A stretch of 64,000 bases of DNA from Euprymna scolopes (taxonomy: Eukaryota). Below the pieces are notes generated by a model. The model searched no databases. It worked only from the letters and a program-made list of their open reading frames with translations, and was not told where the DNA came from. Below are positions 39,251 through 51,995 of this stretch, one piece after another. The translations under genes were made by a program, and so were the position numbers. Within the stretch, counting starts at the first letter, position 1; every line of letters begins with the position of its first letter. The DNA lies in the NCBI GenBank assembly GCA_053919585.1, contig CM132797.1. One strand, written 5' to 3'.

Positions 39251-39799
39251 TACTCTCTAAAAATAATTTTCCCCTTACTCAAATCGCAGGGGGAACTTGC
39301 GATAAATAATTGGTAAGGCCAAGGTAAAATAAATATTTAAATCCTAACAATTTCCATCGGATAATGTCTGCGAAGGTTGATTCGACTTTACAAATAAAAC
39401 GTGAAGGATATTTATATTTTATTTTGATTTTTCTGTCTGGCTGAAACTAGTATGAGATTAAAGATGGCCACTGTCTATCCTTCACCGGCTCCTCTCTACT
39501 ACCACCAGCAATGTTTCACAAATATGTCTATGATTACAAGAAAAAATAGACAATCCGTCACCAATAGAATTCTGGTTTTATTGATCTTTTGTGAAGCGGT
39601 CTTGGAAAAATTCCTTTTGTTTCATGAATAATGGAATTTTTTTTTATTATATCTTCATCATTCCAATCGTTGCCAATCATCCATAACTAAATTCTGATCG
39701 TTTTGAAATGTTTTTAATTCATGATTTAATTTAGGTCAGACACCCACTGAAAATATGGAATATCAATTCCTTTCAAAAAGACTTTTTTTAAAGAAATGT

Positions 39800-40555
39800 T
39801 AAGAAATCAGGTCATAAAGAATTTCATGATACCAGTGTCTGAAATAGTTCAAGTTGTCAGGCCCCAACACAGTTCAAGAACCAGATTTTAGAAGTAGTCG
39901 AATAGCAAATGTCTCAAAAGATAAGATTCCATAAACATATTTGAGAGGGCAGGTTGTAATAAACTTCTAAAATAATAGTCAACAAGGGCAGATAAAAAAA
40001 AATAGTTCTATATAAAAATAAAATTAAAATATTTAATAAACTCAGATTCTAAGATTTCAAGTGGTCTAATACTATAAACTCTCAAGAGGGCAGATCATGA
40101 AAATGCCCCTGGAGGTCATGTTATAAAATATATTCAATAGTGTTGGAAATTAATGGGATTAATGAACTATCTCATGACGTCACCTCCTCTAGTGATCTCA
40201 CTTCTTGTAACGAGTACCGGTGCCCGGCAGTTAGAGATTGGTACGCGGCCAAGGAGGTCGAGTGCCAACTCCCAACAGTGGAAGAATGGTATTGCTCAAC
40301 CCGCCTTGCCTGTAATATATGTGAATACATGTTTGTTTCTAAAAGTCCTGAGTTCCTTTTTTATTACCATTTAACACCATAACGAATAGGTCACATAAAA
40401 ATATTCCAGAGGTCACATAAAAATATTCAAGAGGCAAAGCTTTAAAAATAGATATAGAGACTAGGTCATAAAAAAGTTCAAGGGGAGAGTTATAAAAATA
40501 GTTCAAGTTATTAAACCTTAAACGTAGGTCAACAGGCCATCTCATAAGATAGGTC
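39800..40555 (+). repeat. Degenerate tandem array of about 25-bp units, interrupted by a TG...CA insert (40141-40376)
   Basis: Recurring GGTCATAAAAATAGTTCAAGAGGGCA-like units. Confidence 0.5.
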
Positions 40556-40579
40556 TAAAACTTACGTCCTTTAAATCTT

Positions 40580-41010
40580 ATATGCATATTTCCTGGCACT
40601 CTTGGCCAGAGTTCAAAAGAGAGTCTCCAACCTGATAGGTCCTGAACTGTCATCTAAGCTTCAACCTCTGTCCCATCGATGAAATGTTGCATCTCTCTGC
40701 CTGTTCTACAAGTATTTTAATGGTGAAAGCTCCGACGAACTTCAAGCACTTATATCGCCTCGGCGTAAATACCCCGGACCAACCTGACAAGCTGCAGATC
40801 CCATCCCTACACTGTAGAGATCCCTAGATCTAAGAAAGCCGGGATTCTGCTTTCCCAGCTGTACTGACATGCAGAAGTTCAAGTGTAATGTGAACGGACA
40901 TCTTGCTGCTCAACTCCGTACATAGTATCCCTGCAACTACTGTCCCTGATAGTAGCTCCCTACATCAAAGTGGTATTGTGCCTTGTTTGGAGTGAAAACG
41001 GAATACAAAA
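40580..41010 (+). pseudogene. LINE family B 3' portion
   Basis: LARVQKRVSNLIGPELSSKLQPLSHR..ASLCLFYKYF; 3' UTR as at 52000-52090. Confidence 0.85.
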
Positions 41011-42105
41011 ATGTCCTTGAGGCAAGCTCCTAAGACACCCAAAAACTTATTCGCAATTAAATGACATGAACTAGAGTGTACATTATTAATATTATAAATT
41101 TAAAGGTGTTTAACTTTGGACTGGATTGTCTTAAAATGTTCAAAATGTTATGCAATTAGAGGGATAATATATTGATAAGCTATGGTTTTAATCATAGTAA
41201 AAGCTACACAACATCGGAACGTTATTAAAGGAAAAAATATGAACCTCTCCAATATCGCATATATCTAATCTTAAATGTAGATTATGTTTAAGTGACAAAC
41301 TATAAATTTTGAATTAAAATATGCTAAAAATTGACTTAATCTTAAAAGCGAAATAATAACAAATACTAAATGAAAAATAGCAAATAAAATAAATACATAC
41401 TAACTAAAAATCCATTCAAATATGGCGACAGATAACGGAATAAAATGTGACAAACAAAATATTTTAGTTTCTACGCATCAGAGAAAGGTTATCTTATATG
41501 CGTCAAACTTAGTTAGTTATAAAATGAACTGTTCAAATATTAATCCAAGTTTTATAATTTCTGAAGGAATAAAATATTCACATTTTAATGCAGTTTACTA
41601 GCTATAAATATATTACTATGTAGTAATTTAAATATATTACTATGTAGTAATATAAATATACACATATATAGTTTTACTATTATATAGTCATGCAACTTGT
41701 ATACTATTCTGCACTCCAAATTCCAAGAAAAAACTTACTTAACCATAATTTTTTAATATAAACAAAATAATAGAAGTAAAGTAACTCTTTGCATTGGTGA
41801 TCTCGCTTGTCTCAATGTTTATTTCCTTTTGCACTCTTCCGTTTTGAATCAAATTTTATTTTGAATGTGTCGAATTAATAGTTGCTTCTCTGAACACGTG
41901 CGTGCTTAGCGTGATTTTTACATAAATAATATTTCATTTTACAACATTTTATGTTAATACATGAAATTATAATAATTATATTTATTTGTTTATTGCCACA
42001 GCGATCAAATGAGTTGAGACAATAGATAATGAGAAATATTAAATATTACAGGGGAAAGAATGTTAATATAAATTGTTACAAACGGAAAGCGGGCCAGTTG
42101 GCAAG

Positions 42106-42137
<32 letters not shown>

Positions 42138-42597
42138 AGTTCTTCGCAGCAAACATCCATACCAACCCCATACGCCTTCACTGATGCCAAAGCACTAGTC
42201 ATACCTTTAAATCCAAAGCTGTCTGTCGGTGTGAAATAAAAACAATATATTATTTTATAGATCAGCTGTGCTGTGTTTTATCTGTGCTTATATATCTTGA
42301 TCAGTGACAAAAGTGGATTTAGCAATTATATAGACTGAAAAGCGCGTTTTGAACGACCGGCCGCAACGAAAATACAAAACTTAACATATAAAAAACGTGT
42401 TGCTTCTATGCTCAGTTCTACGTTGAGTGAAACGTGCGTCGTGTAATTTTGTCCAAATTCTAAGCAGTAAAAATTATAGTATAGCGTCTCCCTTTTACAA
42501 TACGTATCAATGTATAATGACAACAACACGTTATTCTTGTAGGTTTTTATACCGTTTTTCGTTTTCTCTCTTTATCATTTGCTCTAAGAGTGTGTTT

Positions 42598-42850
42598 CTT
42601 TTACATTGTAGTCACCACTTATCAAGGCCCGGAGGCCATTCAGGGATAAGGGTTATTACGTGTACAGTCATCAATGGGATAATATGGTAGTAATTGTTAG
42701 TAATGGGGATTTGATAAATTGGATTACTTAAGGGGACCGTTTATCAGGAATTTGTTTATGTTGGACTTGAAGACATCCACGTTGTAGTCAGGTGGGAAAC
42801 AGGCAAACGGAAGAGAGTTCCACAGGTGTGCACTTCTAAGAAAGAAGCTT
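42598..42850 (-). mobile_element. LINE family A 3' end
   Basis: Reverse complement of the 1-296 type tail. Confidence 0.85.
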
Positions 42851-43924
42851 GTTACATGTTATTAATCTTTACACTGCCTCAGTCAGGAGGAAAAAAGCCC
42901 ATGGAAAACATGTCTGCTTCGCCTCGCAGTCAGAACTAAAGAGGTATTACTTTTTCTTATGACTCAATCGCATTATTTTCTGTCATTTTTGGAAATCGAC
43001 TTTCTCTCCGTTGCGCTACTACTCTTTCTTCAATCACAGCTCTGCAAATTGTAAACTTTGTTTGACATAATGTACGTATTAACACATTAAATATTGTAAA
43101 AATGATTTCGAAGACGTGTTTGACATAAGGAGAAAACTATGTATACAACTATAAGACCCATCGCGTACATCTTAATGAATAAATGTAAAAGTGGACTCAA
43201 TTTTTTGCACTAACTATAAAGTCGAAACAAAGTGTAGCATCTGTTCTTCAGATGCTGCGCTTCAATTTCATGTTATCTTTAAGTGGAGGAGAGATCCTTT
43301 ACGACTGAGACAATTTTTACTTTTGTTAGCTTTCTCTGTCCTATGGGAGGCATTGTAAATAGGAAGTATAAATCGAAACGTCATATTTCAAGATAATCCA
43401 CATTTAATTCTATTCTCTATTTTATATACTGTTAATGTATATGCGATATCAGTCGCAGGCTTTACTAATTTGCGTACTGGTTTGAAAAAAAAAACGACAT
43501 TTTATTAATCAACTATTTTTTAAAGTATTATTTGGATTTTAATATAGCAAAAATTTCTCTTTTGCAATATTTTTTTCTGAACATATATTTAGCAATTGTG
43601 TTCAAATGTTTTTTTTCTTTTTACGGAAGTTTATCTGAATTTTAACATGTTGCAATCTATTTCAAATTTACAAGTTGTTTCATTTTTTTTTTGTCTTTTC
43701 TCTACGGTCACATTTACAAGATAAATAATATTGTATCGAAATTAACGAAATTTGTACTTTTTATCTCATGTGAATAAATAAGAAAAAATGAATTTACGTT
43801 TAAAGTATTCGAACCAATGGAATTTGCGAGATGATAGCGAGCCAGCAAATAGAGCGGCTTATTACATAAATATAATCGACATCTACAACTAGCCCCTCCC
43901 CCTTGGTCAAAACAGAGTTTTCAA

Positions 43925-44335
43925 TCTAATAGGTCCCTTTTTGTCAACTAAGCTCAAACTCTTGTCCCATCTCCGCAAAGTTGCATCTCTGTGTCTGTTT
44001 TACAAATATTTAATGTGCTCTGATAAACTTGTTGTACTTGTGTCCCTTCGACGTATATATCCCCGACAAACGTGCTTAGCAACAAAATCTCACCCCATCA
44101 CTGTTGAGATCCCTAAATGACAGAAATCTTTATATTCTAATACTTTCTTGCTTCGAACAGCTAGACTTTCGAATTCCCTTCCTGCTGTTTTCTTTCCTGG
44201 TTGTACTCATATGCAGAAGTTTGAATGTAATGCAAACCAACAGATTGTTAATCTTTCCTAGGCGTGGCCGTAAATAGTAATCTCTTACGTCCAAGTAGTG
44301 GTATGCCTTGTTAGGGATGAACGTGAGTAAAAAAG
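43925..44335 (+). mobile_element. LINE family B-like 3' portion, older
   Basis: Similar to 19740-20120 and 40640-41010. Confidence 0.7.
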
Positions 44336-45078
44336 AATGAATGAGTAGAGATGTTAGATGTTGAGAAATGTAGTGAACACAGGACAAAAGAGAGCGCAAT
44401 CTGTTGTTTGCTTCGTTCTTTTATTGCGAACGTATATAAAGATTATCTTCAAATAAAAACCTTATTTAAATATATAACTGTGTGTAATTTACGAAAACAA
44501 TGGCCGATCTTACTGTGCATTGCGTTTTAATCAACCAGCTTAAGTGGCAAGGATAGGCAAGAAAAAGAAGCCTCAGAGATAAGCAAAGGAATTATTTGAA
44601 CATATTGAATCGACAATCTAAGTATCTTTCTCCCATCGTTATTCCTTTTATACTAAAGAAAATAGCAATAAAAAAGACAGAAAACCTGATATAAAGATAG
44701 TAAAAAATGAGATACAGAGTCATAATTAAGAAGCACTATAGGATGATGTACATTTTTCAAATTGTTTTCGGGAAAAAAGAAGCAATATTTCTACCCACCT
44801 TCGTCTCCATTGTAATTCTTTCAGGGCACAGAAAAATAATTAAAGATGTTGCTTGAGATTGCTTTGCAATTTAAATCCAATTGAGTGTTTTATTATTTTA
44901 TTATTTTATTATTTTATGACGGATAAAATTCAATACTGAATATCAGATTTTAGATTAACGTTATCGCTTTCTCGGAAAGAAAATTTTCAAGAAATTTTGT
45001 CTCAGGGTAAAAAAGCAAATTAAATACAAATTAAAAAACTTTTTAAAAAATAACAAAAAACACGTAAACCAGCTATCG

Positions 45079-45151
<73 letters not shown>

Positions 45152-45205
45152 AGTGGTGAAAATACTAGACTAGAGTGCTCAATGTGTAGCCAGAGCAGTA
45201 TATAA

Positions 45206-45421
45206 GAAATTTATTACTGTGAGTCCAGAATGAGTTTACATATTGTTTCAGCTAGAGGAAAATCCTCAAAAAGAAGAAAAGATATCCGACTAGCATCGTC
45301 AGAATTCATAGATGGCCCATCTATGAATTCTGACGATGCTAGTCGGATATTTGCTCTTCTTTTTGAGGATTTTCCTCTAGCTGAAACAATATGTGAACTC
45401 ATTCTGGACTCACAGTAATAA

Positions 45422-45426
<5 letters not shown>
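45206..45426. ncRNA. 221-bp near-perfect palindrome made of two head-to-head hammerheads
   Basis: 110-bp arms, 1-nt centre (45316), 4 mismatches; each arm reads AUGAAUU-CUGACGA-UGCUAG...CUAGCU-GAAA-CAAUAUG-U(A/G)/AACUCAU. Confidence 0.8.
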
Positions 45427-45474
<48 letters not shown>

Positions 45475-46925
45475 TCCTATATATTTAGGGTTTTTTATAT
45501 TGATATTCATGCGCACTGTTATAAGCTCCACTCACATATAAAAAATTTGTTAAAGGTGATAACGTACGTACAAATACAAAAATATGTGAAAGATTAAAAC
45601 CTAGTCTAAGCATTAATGCGTGTGAAAAAGTATAACGTATGTAGAAAGATTAACGGTAACCCCTCACTCGAGAGAAGGTGGTTAAGGACTCTTATTTCTC
45701 TAGAATTCTCGACTCGTGTCATCTAGTCTCCTCTGAGGTTGTTACCTGAAATCTGGTATGCTGAAAGCGAATATCGAAGCGGCAGGCAGGAAGAAATACA
45801 AACAATTGTAGTCTATCTACAGAAGCTTAATTTTCACAAAATTATGTACAAAAATGTTTTTACAATTCTCATTCAATTCGTAGTAAGTTTTTCCAAAGTC
45901 TCAAATCTCTTCACAGACACGACAGACGGTTGGATGAGGTAGGTGGAGGGGGCCCCTCTCCAGGGAATGGCAGGTTTATACGACCTGTTCTCCTCGAATT
46001 CAACAAGCAATCCGTTTAATTTTAGAGCGCATCGACCCGATGTGGGAGTGGTGTAAGTCTAACCAGCCAATCAAATCACGCTAAACCCCAACTATCTGAG
46101 ACCCCATTCAAGACTAAAAATCCCATAACCTCGAAGTCATCAACCATCACTCAGCCAGTACGATATGTTCAGCTAACATCCTCGCATTTCCTGTTATTGA
46201 GTTTTCCCCAAATAACAAAATATCTCAGGTCTTCCAACCCCCAAAAAAACAACAAATATATCCATTTTGACAGTGAATTAAAATATATCTATATTTATCT
46301 TCTCTATCTTAAATCCTTGGTTTATCTGGCGTCACCCGGGAATACAAAGCTACCTCAGCGTAGTTCTAACGCTCCTCAATGGGGGATTACGTTACAGCCT
46401 GTAAAAAGTGATTCCGTGTGAAAGGTGATAATGTACGTTCAAACATGAATGTATGTAAAGGTTCTCCTTTTCGAGAAGTGAAATTTCTTGTTATACGAGA
46501 AGTTAAAAATATTTCTTTTGGGGATATTCTCTGCTCTATCCAGGATATTAAGCATTTGGATTATAGCTCCATCTAAGAGCTTTGGGCAATTCTTGTACTT
46601 ACGGAGACCTCAAGAGCACTACTAAAACCAATTTTCTAATCCAACCCCTAGAAAAGAAATTATAAACATTATTAGTGAAAAAAATAGAAAGCCTGCAGAG
46701 CGCTATTTAAATCGCTAAATATAATTAAATATACCTCCAGTGTATAACTAAACTAGGTGCCCCTTTTTTTCCTTGTAATTAAAAACATAAATAAATTCAC
46801 ACAAAATATTTTTCGACTTCATTTCAACATGAAATGTTTGCTAGAAATGATATCGTGACGTTAGAATTTCAGACAATGACATTGTGACAAGCGATCTTAC
46901 AGAATTTTAGAATTGTATATATATA

Positions 46926-46959
46926 TGATGAGTCCTAGACGACGAAACACGTGTCAGTG
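46926..46959 (+). ncRNA. 5'-truncated minimal hammerhead within (TA)n
   Basis: UGAUGA-GUC(cuagac)GAC-GAAA-CACGUG-UC/AGUG; C3 and the 5' strand of stem I replaced by TA repeat. Confidence 0.7.
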
Positions 46960-46976
46960 GATAATTATATTTGAAA

Positions 46977-47031
<55 letters not shown>

Positions 47032-47158
47032 GCTCCCCATGTGGGGGTACCAAATTGGTTAAAGGGAAAATTGTTCCCAACTCGCATTTAGGTAAAAATG
47101 CACTTTCGTAAATAATTGAATTCATTCAAAACGTATCGCAAAAACAAACACAAATTAC

Positions 47159-47231
<73 letters not shown>

Positions 47232-47237
<6 letters not shown>

Positions 47238-48924
47238 GGTAAAACAATTCTTCGGATTAAACAAAAATGTTTATTTTCTAACAAGTTTGTACAAATGATA
47301 TAAAACAAAATGATGAAAACTTTCACATTACTAAAATACATAGAAATGAGAGAAATTTAATTTTTAAGAAAATAAACAGTTATTTAACATTTTTTAAAGC
47401 AAAATAAGTATTTGGACAGATGCAAAAAGAATGTTTAATATTTTATTTGGTCTCTTTTAACACTAATTACTACTATCAAATGATTGCCGTAATTTTTCAC
47501 AAGGCCCTGGCAAATGCCCTAATCTGTATTTTCAAAATTAGCCACAACTTTTCAATGGGATTCAAGTCTAGTGATTGGCTGGGCCATTGCAAAACATAAA
47601 TTCCCTTATCCCCGAACCATTTCTGAGTTGCCTTCGCTGTATGTCTCGGATGATTGTCTCGTTTTAACCGCCAATCACCAGACAATCACATTTTCTCCAC
47701 AGACCTTTGCATGTTATTCTCCAAAATATCCCGGTATTTTGTTCATTTACTTCTCTACCTTCGATTATTTCTAGTGTTCTAATTGCAAGAAAAGCAGCTT
47801 CAAATCATAATGTTTCCTCCTCCATGATTCACGGTAGATTTTTTGGTTGTTTTGTTTTACGGCATTTTTCAGGTTATTTAATGCCGAATCTGGTGATCTT
47901 GAAGAGCGATTTTTTAATATAGTATATTTGTTTTTTAAGTCGTATTCTATTTAACCCATAGTTGGGACCCTAACAGGTGCTACCACTCCGGGTCAGAGTG
48001 GACCTGGGAGCAATGGCAATTAAAGGGTGGCTCCACACTCCCTAAGGCCTGCAAGCTGGGGCCTCACCATCGGATATAGTTTAAGGTCATATCCAGGACC
48101 GATTCACGGTAGGGATAGTGTTCTTCATATCATATGCAGAACCGCCGAAACGCTAGACACGTCTTGCGTCTTTATTGCCAAATAGCTCTATTTTAGTCTC
48201 AGCCGACCATATCACATTATAAAAAAATATCCTAACTGATATATTTTTTGGCATACTGTAGTCTTGAGTTAAAGTGAACTTGCTTCAGTAATAGAACATT
48301 GCCAGGTCTTCGAGGCTTGAGACTTTCTCTGTGCACTCCGTTGCAGACGCTGGTGCTCGTGCTGCTGAGGCCTTTTTGTAGCTCCTCACAGATCGTAAAA
48401 GGATTATTTCGAACAGTTCGCAAGATTTTTCGCCGAAAATTTTCTGATATTTTCCGAGGAGCTCCCGACCTTGGCGTGGTTTTTGTAGCACCTGACTCTT
48501 TCCACTTTTTTACAATATACCCTACAGTATTAATAGGAACATTCAAAGTTTCTGCTATACATCGGTAGCTTTTATTATCTTTACGTGCTGAAATAATACG
48601 GTCCTTTATAGACTTCGAGTTCCTTTCGCTTGACCATGTTATAATATTTTCTGAGAGAGATCTGGGCAGAAACTGATTAGAAGTTTACTAAATATCGAAC
48701 TAGTACCTTCTAGAATGAAAAGTTAATGTTTAATAATAAAAAATAAAGGTTGTAAAAATACTTGTTTCACGATCAATTTTAAGAAATGTTTAATAACTGT
48801 TTATTTTCTGTAAATAATTAGTTTCTTTCATTTCTATGTATTTTACTAATGTGAAAGTTTTATTTTATTATTATGTTTGATATCATTTGTACCAAATTGC
48901 TGAAAAATAAACATTGTTGTTTTG
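47232..48924 (-). mobile_element. Tc1-family DNA transposon (DD34E) with long TIRs, decayed
   Basis: TVGYIVKKWKESG..PRSGAPRKIS; TVNHGGGNIM; DNHPRH..(34)..WPSQSLDLNPIE; inverted repeats at about 47260-47420 and 48750-48924; right end lost in a gap. Confidence 0.9.
47838..48100. mobile_element. SINE-like insertion inside the Tc1 transposase
   Basis: Exact 12-bp TSD GATTCACGGTAG at 47826-47837 and 48101-48112. Confidence 0.85.
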
Positions 48925-49205
48925 NNNNNNNNNNNNNNNNNNNNNNNNNNNNNNNNNNNNNNNNNNNNNNNNNNNNNNNNNNNNNNNNNNNNNNNNNNNN
49001 NNNNNNNNNNNNNNNNNNNNNNNNNNNNNNNNNNNNNNNNNNNNNNNNNNNNNNNNNNNNNNNNNNNNNNNNNNNNNNNNNNNNNNNNNATTTTAGAATA
49101 TGTTTAGAATGAGTTTAGTAAATGTTTTATGTACATTATAAAATGTTAGTTGAAATAGTCGCAGAATTTTGTTATCGTTAAAAAACATCCGTTTTCTGTG
49201 ACTCA

Positions 49206-49265
<60 letters not shown>

Positions 49266-49269
49266 TAAT

Positions 49270-49322
49270 TAAGCTTCACAGAATATTCCTCGTTTCATTT
49301 TCGTGAGAATTCGTCAGGCTTA
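49270..49322 (-). ncRNA. Hammerhead copy with a mutated cleavage triplet
   Basis: UAAGC-CUGACGA-AUUC..AAAU-GAAA-...GUG-AA/GCUUA; GUA changed to GAA relative to 1241-1303. Confidence 0.7.
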
Positions 49323-49425
49323 CGTTATTTTCAATAATTTACTACCTAGCTCTACCAATGTATTGAGCACTGTTGAAGTAAATACTGAAAATTTACGCAT
49401 GAAATTATATCTTCATATATTAATT

Positions 49426-49836
49426 TAGGGGACGATTCCAATATTTTTCTCGATTCCGATACAATTACCGATTTCGTGCTTAATTCCTGATTTTGATTCT
49501 TTATAAATCTCTAAATACTTAGTTGTATTATTTATCTGATTACCGTAAAACACACACATGTTAAATGTGCAGCTATTTTCCTAAACGTAAAAATATACTT
49601 GTGGGGGAAGATCTATCGATGTTAACTTCACTGGTGGTTTTCAAATCAATAAATATTTATTATTTTATCATTATTACCAGCAATGAAAGATTTTGCTTTA
49701 AACAAAACAAAATAAAAACAGCGATTGAAAGAATCGTTTTGACATCGGGAAATCAGTACAATTTTTTTCGATTCCGATACCCTCAAATATTCCGATTTTT
49801 CTGATTCTCGATTCTGATTCCAATGCATCGTCCCTA
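49426..49836. mobile_element. MITE-like element, possibly hAT-derived
   Basis: TIR-like TAGGG(G)ACGAT...ATCGTCCCTA with subterminal (C)GATTC repeats; TSD not clear. Confidence 0.5.
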
Positions 49837-49838
49837 CA

Positions 49839-49886
<48 letters not shown>

Positions 49887-51123
49887 CTTGATTATTTCTA
49901 TGCTATCCGCCCTCTCTTTATTTTTATCATGCATTATATAAAATAATTAACATCTTCACGCATTTCTAAGGACGTTTTCTCATAATAAAGGCGAAATATT
50001 TTAATTTCCACCATGTCAGTTCCTTTGATTCTATTTCCGGACCAATCCTAATTTTCATCAATACATTAGTTTCCTCTTTTTTCTCTATCTCTTTCCATAT
50101 ATTTTTATCTTTTACATTCCTGTCACCTCTCCCAACCCTCTCTCTTCCTCATTCTCTCTTACTCTTTATTCTTTATATTTTTTTAAAATATATTTCTGAC
50201 GCATACAAACGTTCCAATTTTATATTCCGTTATAATTATTCACTTTATTTTAAATTTAATTGTCCTTCTTTTATATGCATCCATGTAGTAGTGAAAATAT
50301 AATTAGTAAAGTGTCGACAATTACGAAACAACTCATCATTCTTATTCAATAATTTATTCTACATTTCTAATGAAATTATTTAGTAGGTTTTCTCCTACAC
50401 GTGTTTTTTTTTCTTTTCACTAATCGTAGTTGAATAAGATTTAAAATTATATACGTATAATATTTTGTTGTATAGACGGCGGTTATATTTATGTTGCATA
50501 GCATTCTCATTGAAGTTATCACTAGGGTTATCATAGAGGGGCACCAAATTGACGTTTGGTGTATAACATAAAAGGGGAGGACCATAATTGTATTTGTTGT
50601 CATGGAATGATTATTATTAGAATGAAAGGAGATTATGCGTGTCATAAAAGAATTCCGTGTGCGTATGATCGTCTAGTTTCATATGCGGTTGTGTGTGTTC
50701 ATATCTAATTGTTCATATGCTTTCGTGTGTGTGTGTGTGTGTGTGTGTTACATGCATTTTCTTCGATATACCTTACTTCATGTGTCGTCGATGTTGATCC
50801 ATCTGGAATTCATCTTCTCTTGGAGGGAGACTGGTACCTGTTAGACGAAGATTTATCACTCCAAGACGATGTATTGGTTTTATAGTTTTTTATTTAGCTT
50901 CCAGATGTCGACACAGAATATGGAAGTGAATCTTGCTTGCTTTGAACACGTCAGCGTCCCCCACCCTCAGTGAAGGGGAGGGAACAGCTATTAAGCCGTC
51001 CGTCTTCTTCAAAGTCCAAATCCAGTCTCTCAGATCTAGCCAACCTGACCACGTCACTCATACGTAATCTGGTCAGCTGACCCTCGGTTCTGGTAAATGT
51101 GTCTACACTCCACGTTTACTCAC

Positions 51124-51156
<33 letters not shown>

Positions 51157-51995
51157 TCTCTCTCAATCCATTCTGTAACATTTAGAGACAATGGGTACAT
51201 ATACAATTTCATGAGGGGAGATAGAAGAGAGAGAGACATTCATACTTATTACAGTTCTGGAGTGTTTCTTATACATATATTTAGAGATGAGAATTATCAG
51301 TTCTTTTATCACATGTATTAGAGAGGAGGCGACAAGGAATACACAGTTCTTATAGCACCGGAGGAGAGGGGACACGTTACTTAAGATGGGGTTTATACAC
51401 AGTTTATTATAAATGAGAGTGGGAACAAAGTTCATTAAGATGAGAGGACACAAAGTTTATATTAATGATTATTTCACATTACCTTCAATTTGGTAGAATG
51501 ACGACACGAAGACGCAGCTACAAAATATGATGTGTTCTTTTATTACATTCCGCCGGTTGCAATTATGATGACATCCAGGAATTCAAAATGATTAAAACTC
51601 TCACGCTTCGCTTCCAAAGGGGGGGGGCGCTTTCTCTGACGATGTCATCTTTCTCTCTCTAACTCGACTCCCTCTTCTGTCTGTCCGACTCTGACTCTGT
51701 CAGTCTAAAACTAGCAAATTATATTGAGAATTCATTTCTCAGCCATGATGCCATACATCAAAATTCCTTTTTACAATAACATCTCTAAACAATCGAATTT
51801 CTTCTGAACCTATTTCTGAACCTATTTCCAAACCTTGCTTACCAAGTTCAAATCTAGCTCTATCCTATCTCATTTTTACTTATTTAATGGTTTTCTTACT
51901 TGTAACAATTTAACGTGGTGTGTTGTAGGAGTTCTTTTGATTTCTGCATCAACTTTCCACCGAAGAAACGTAGGAGTACTCATACACACCTAACT

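Noticed and set aside
40141-40376. Solo LTR (TG...CA); a similar case lies at 55246-55750
   Set aside because: No target-site duplication, primer-binding site or polypurine tract visible, so left uncalled
45214-45531. Mirror-image ORFs on both strands
   Set aside because: A consequence of the palindrome, not protein coding
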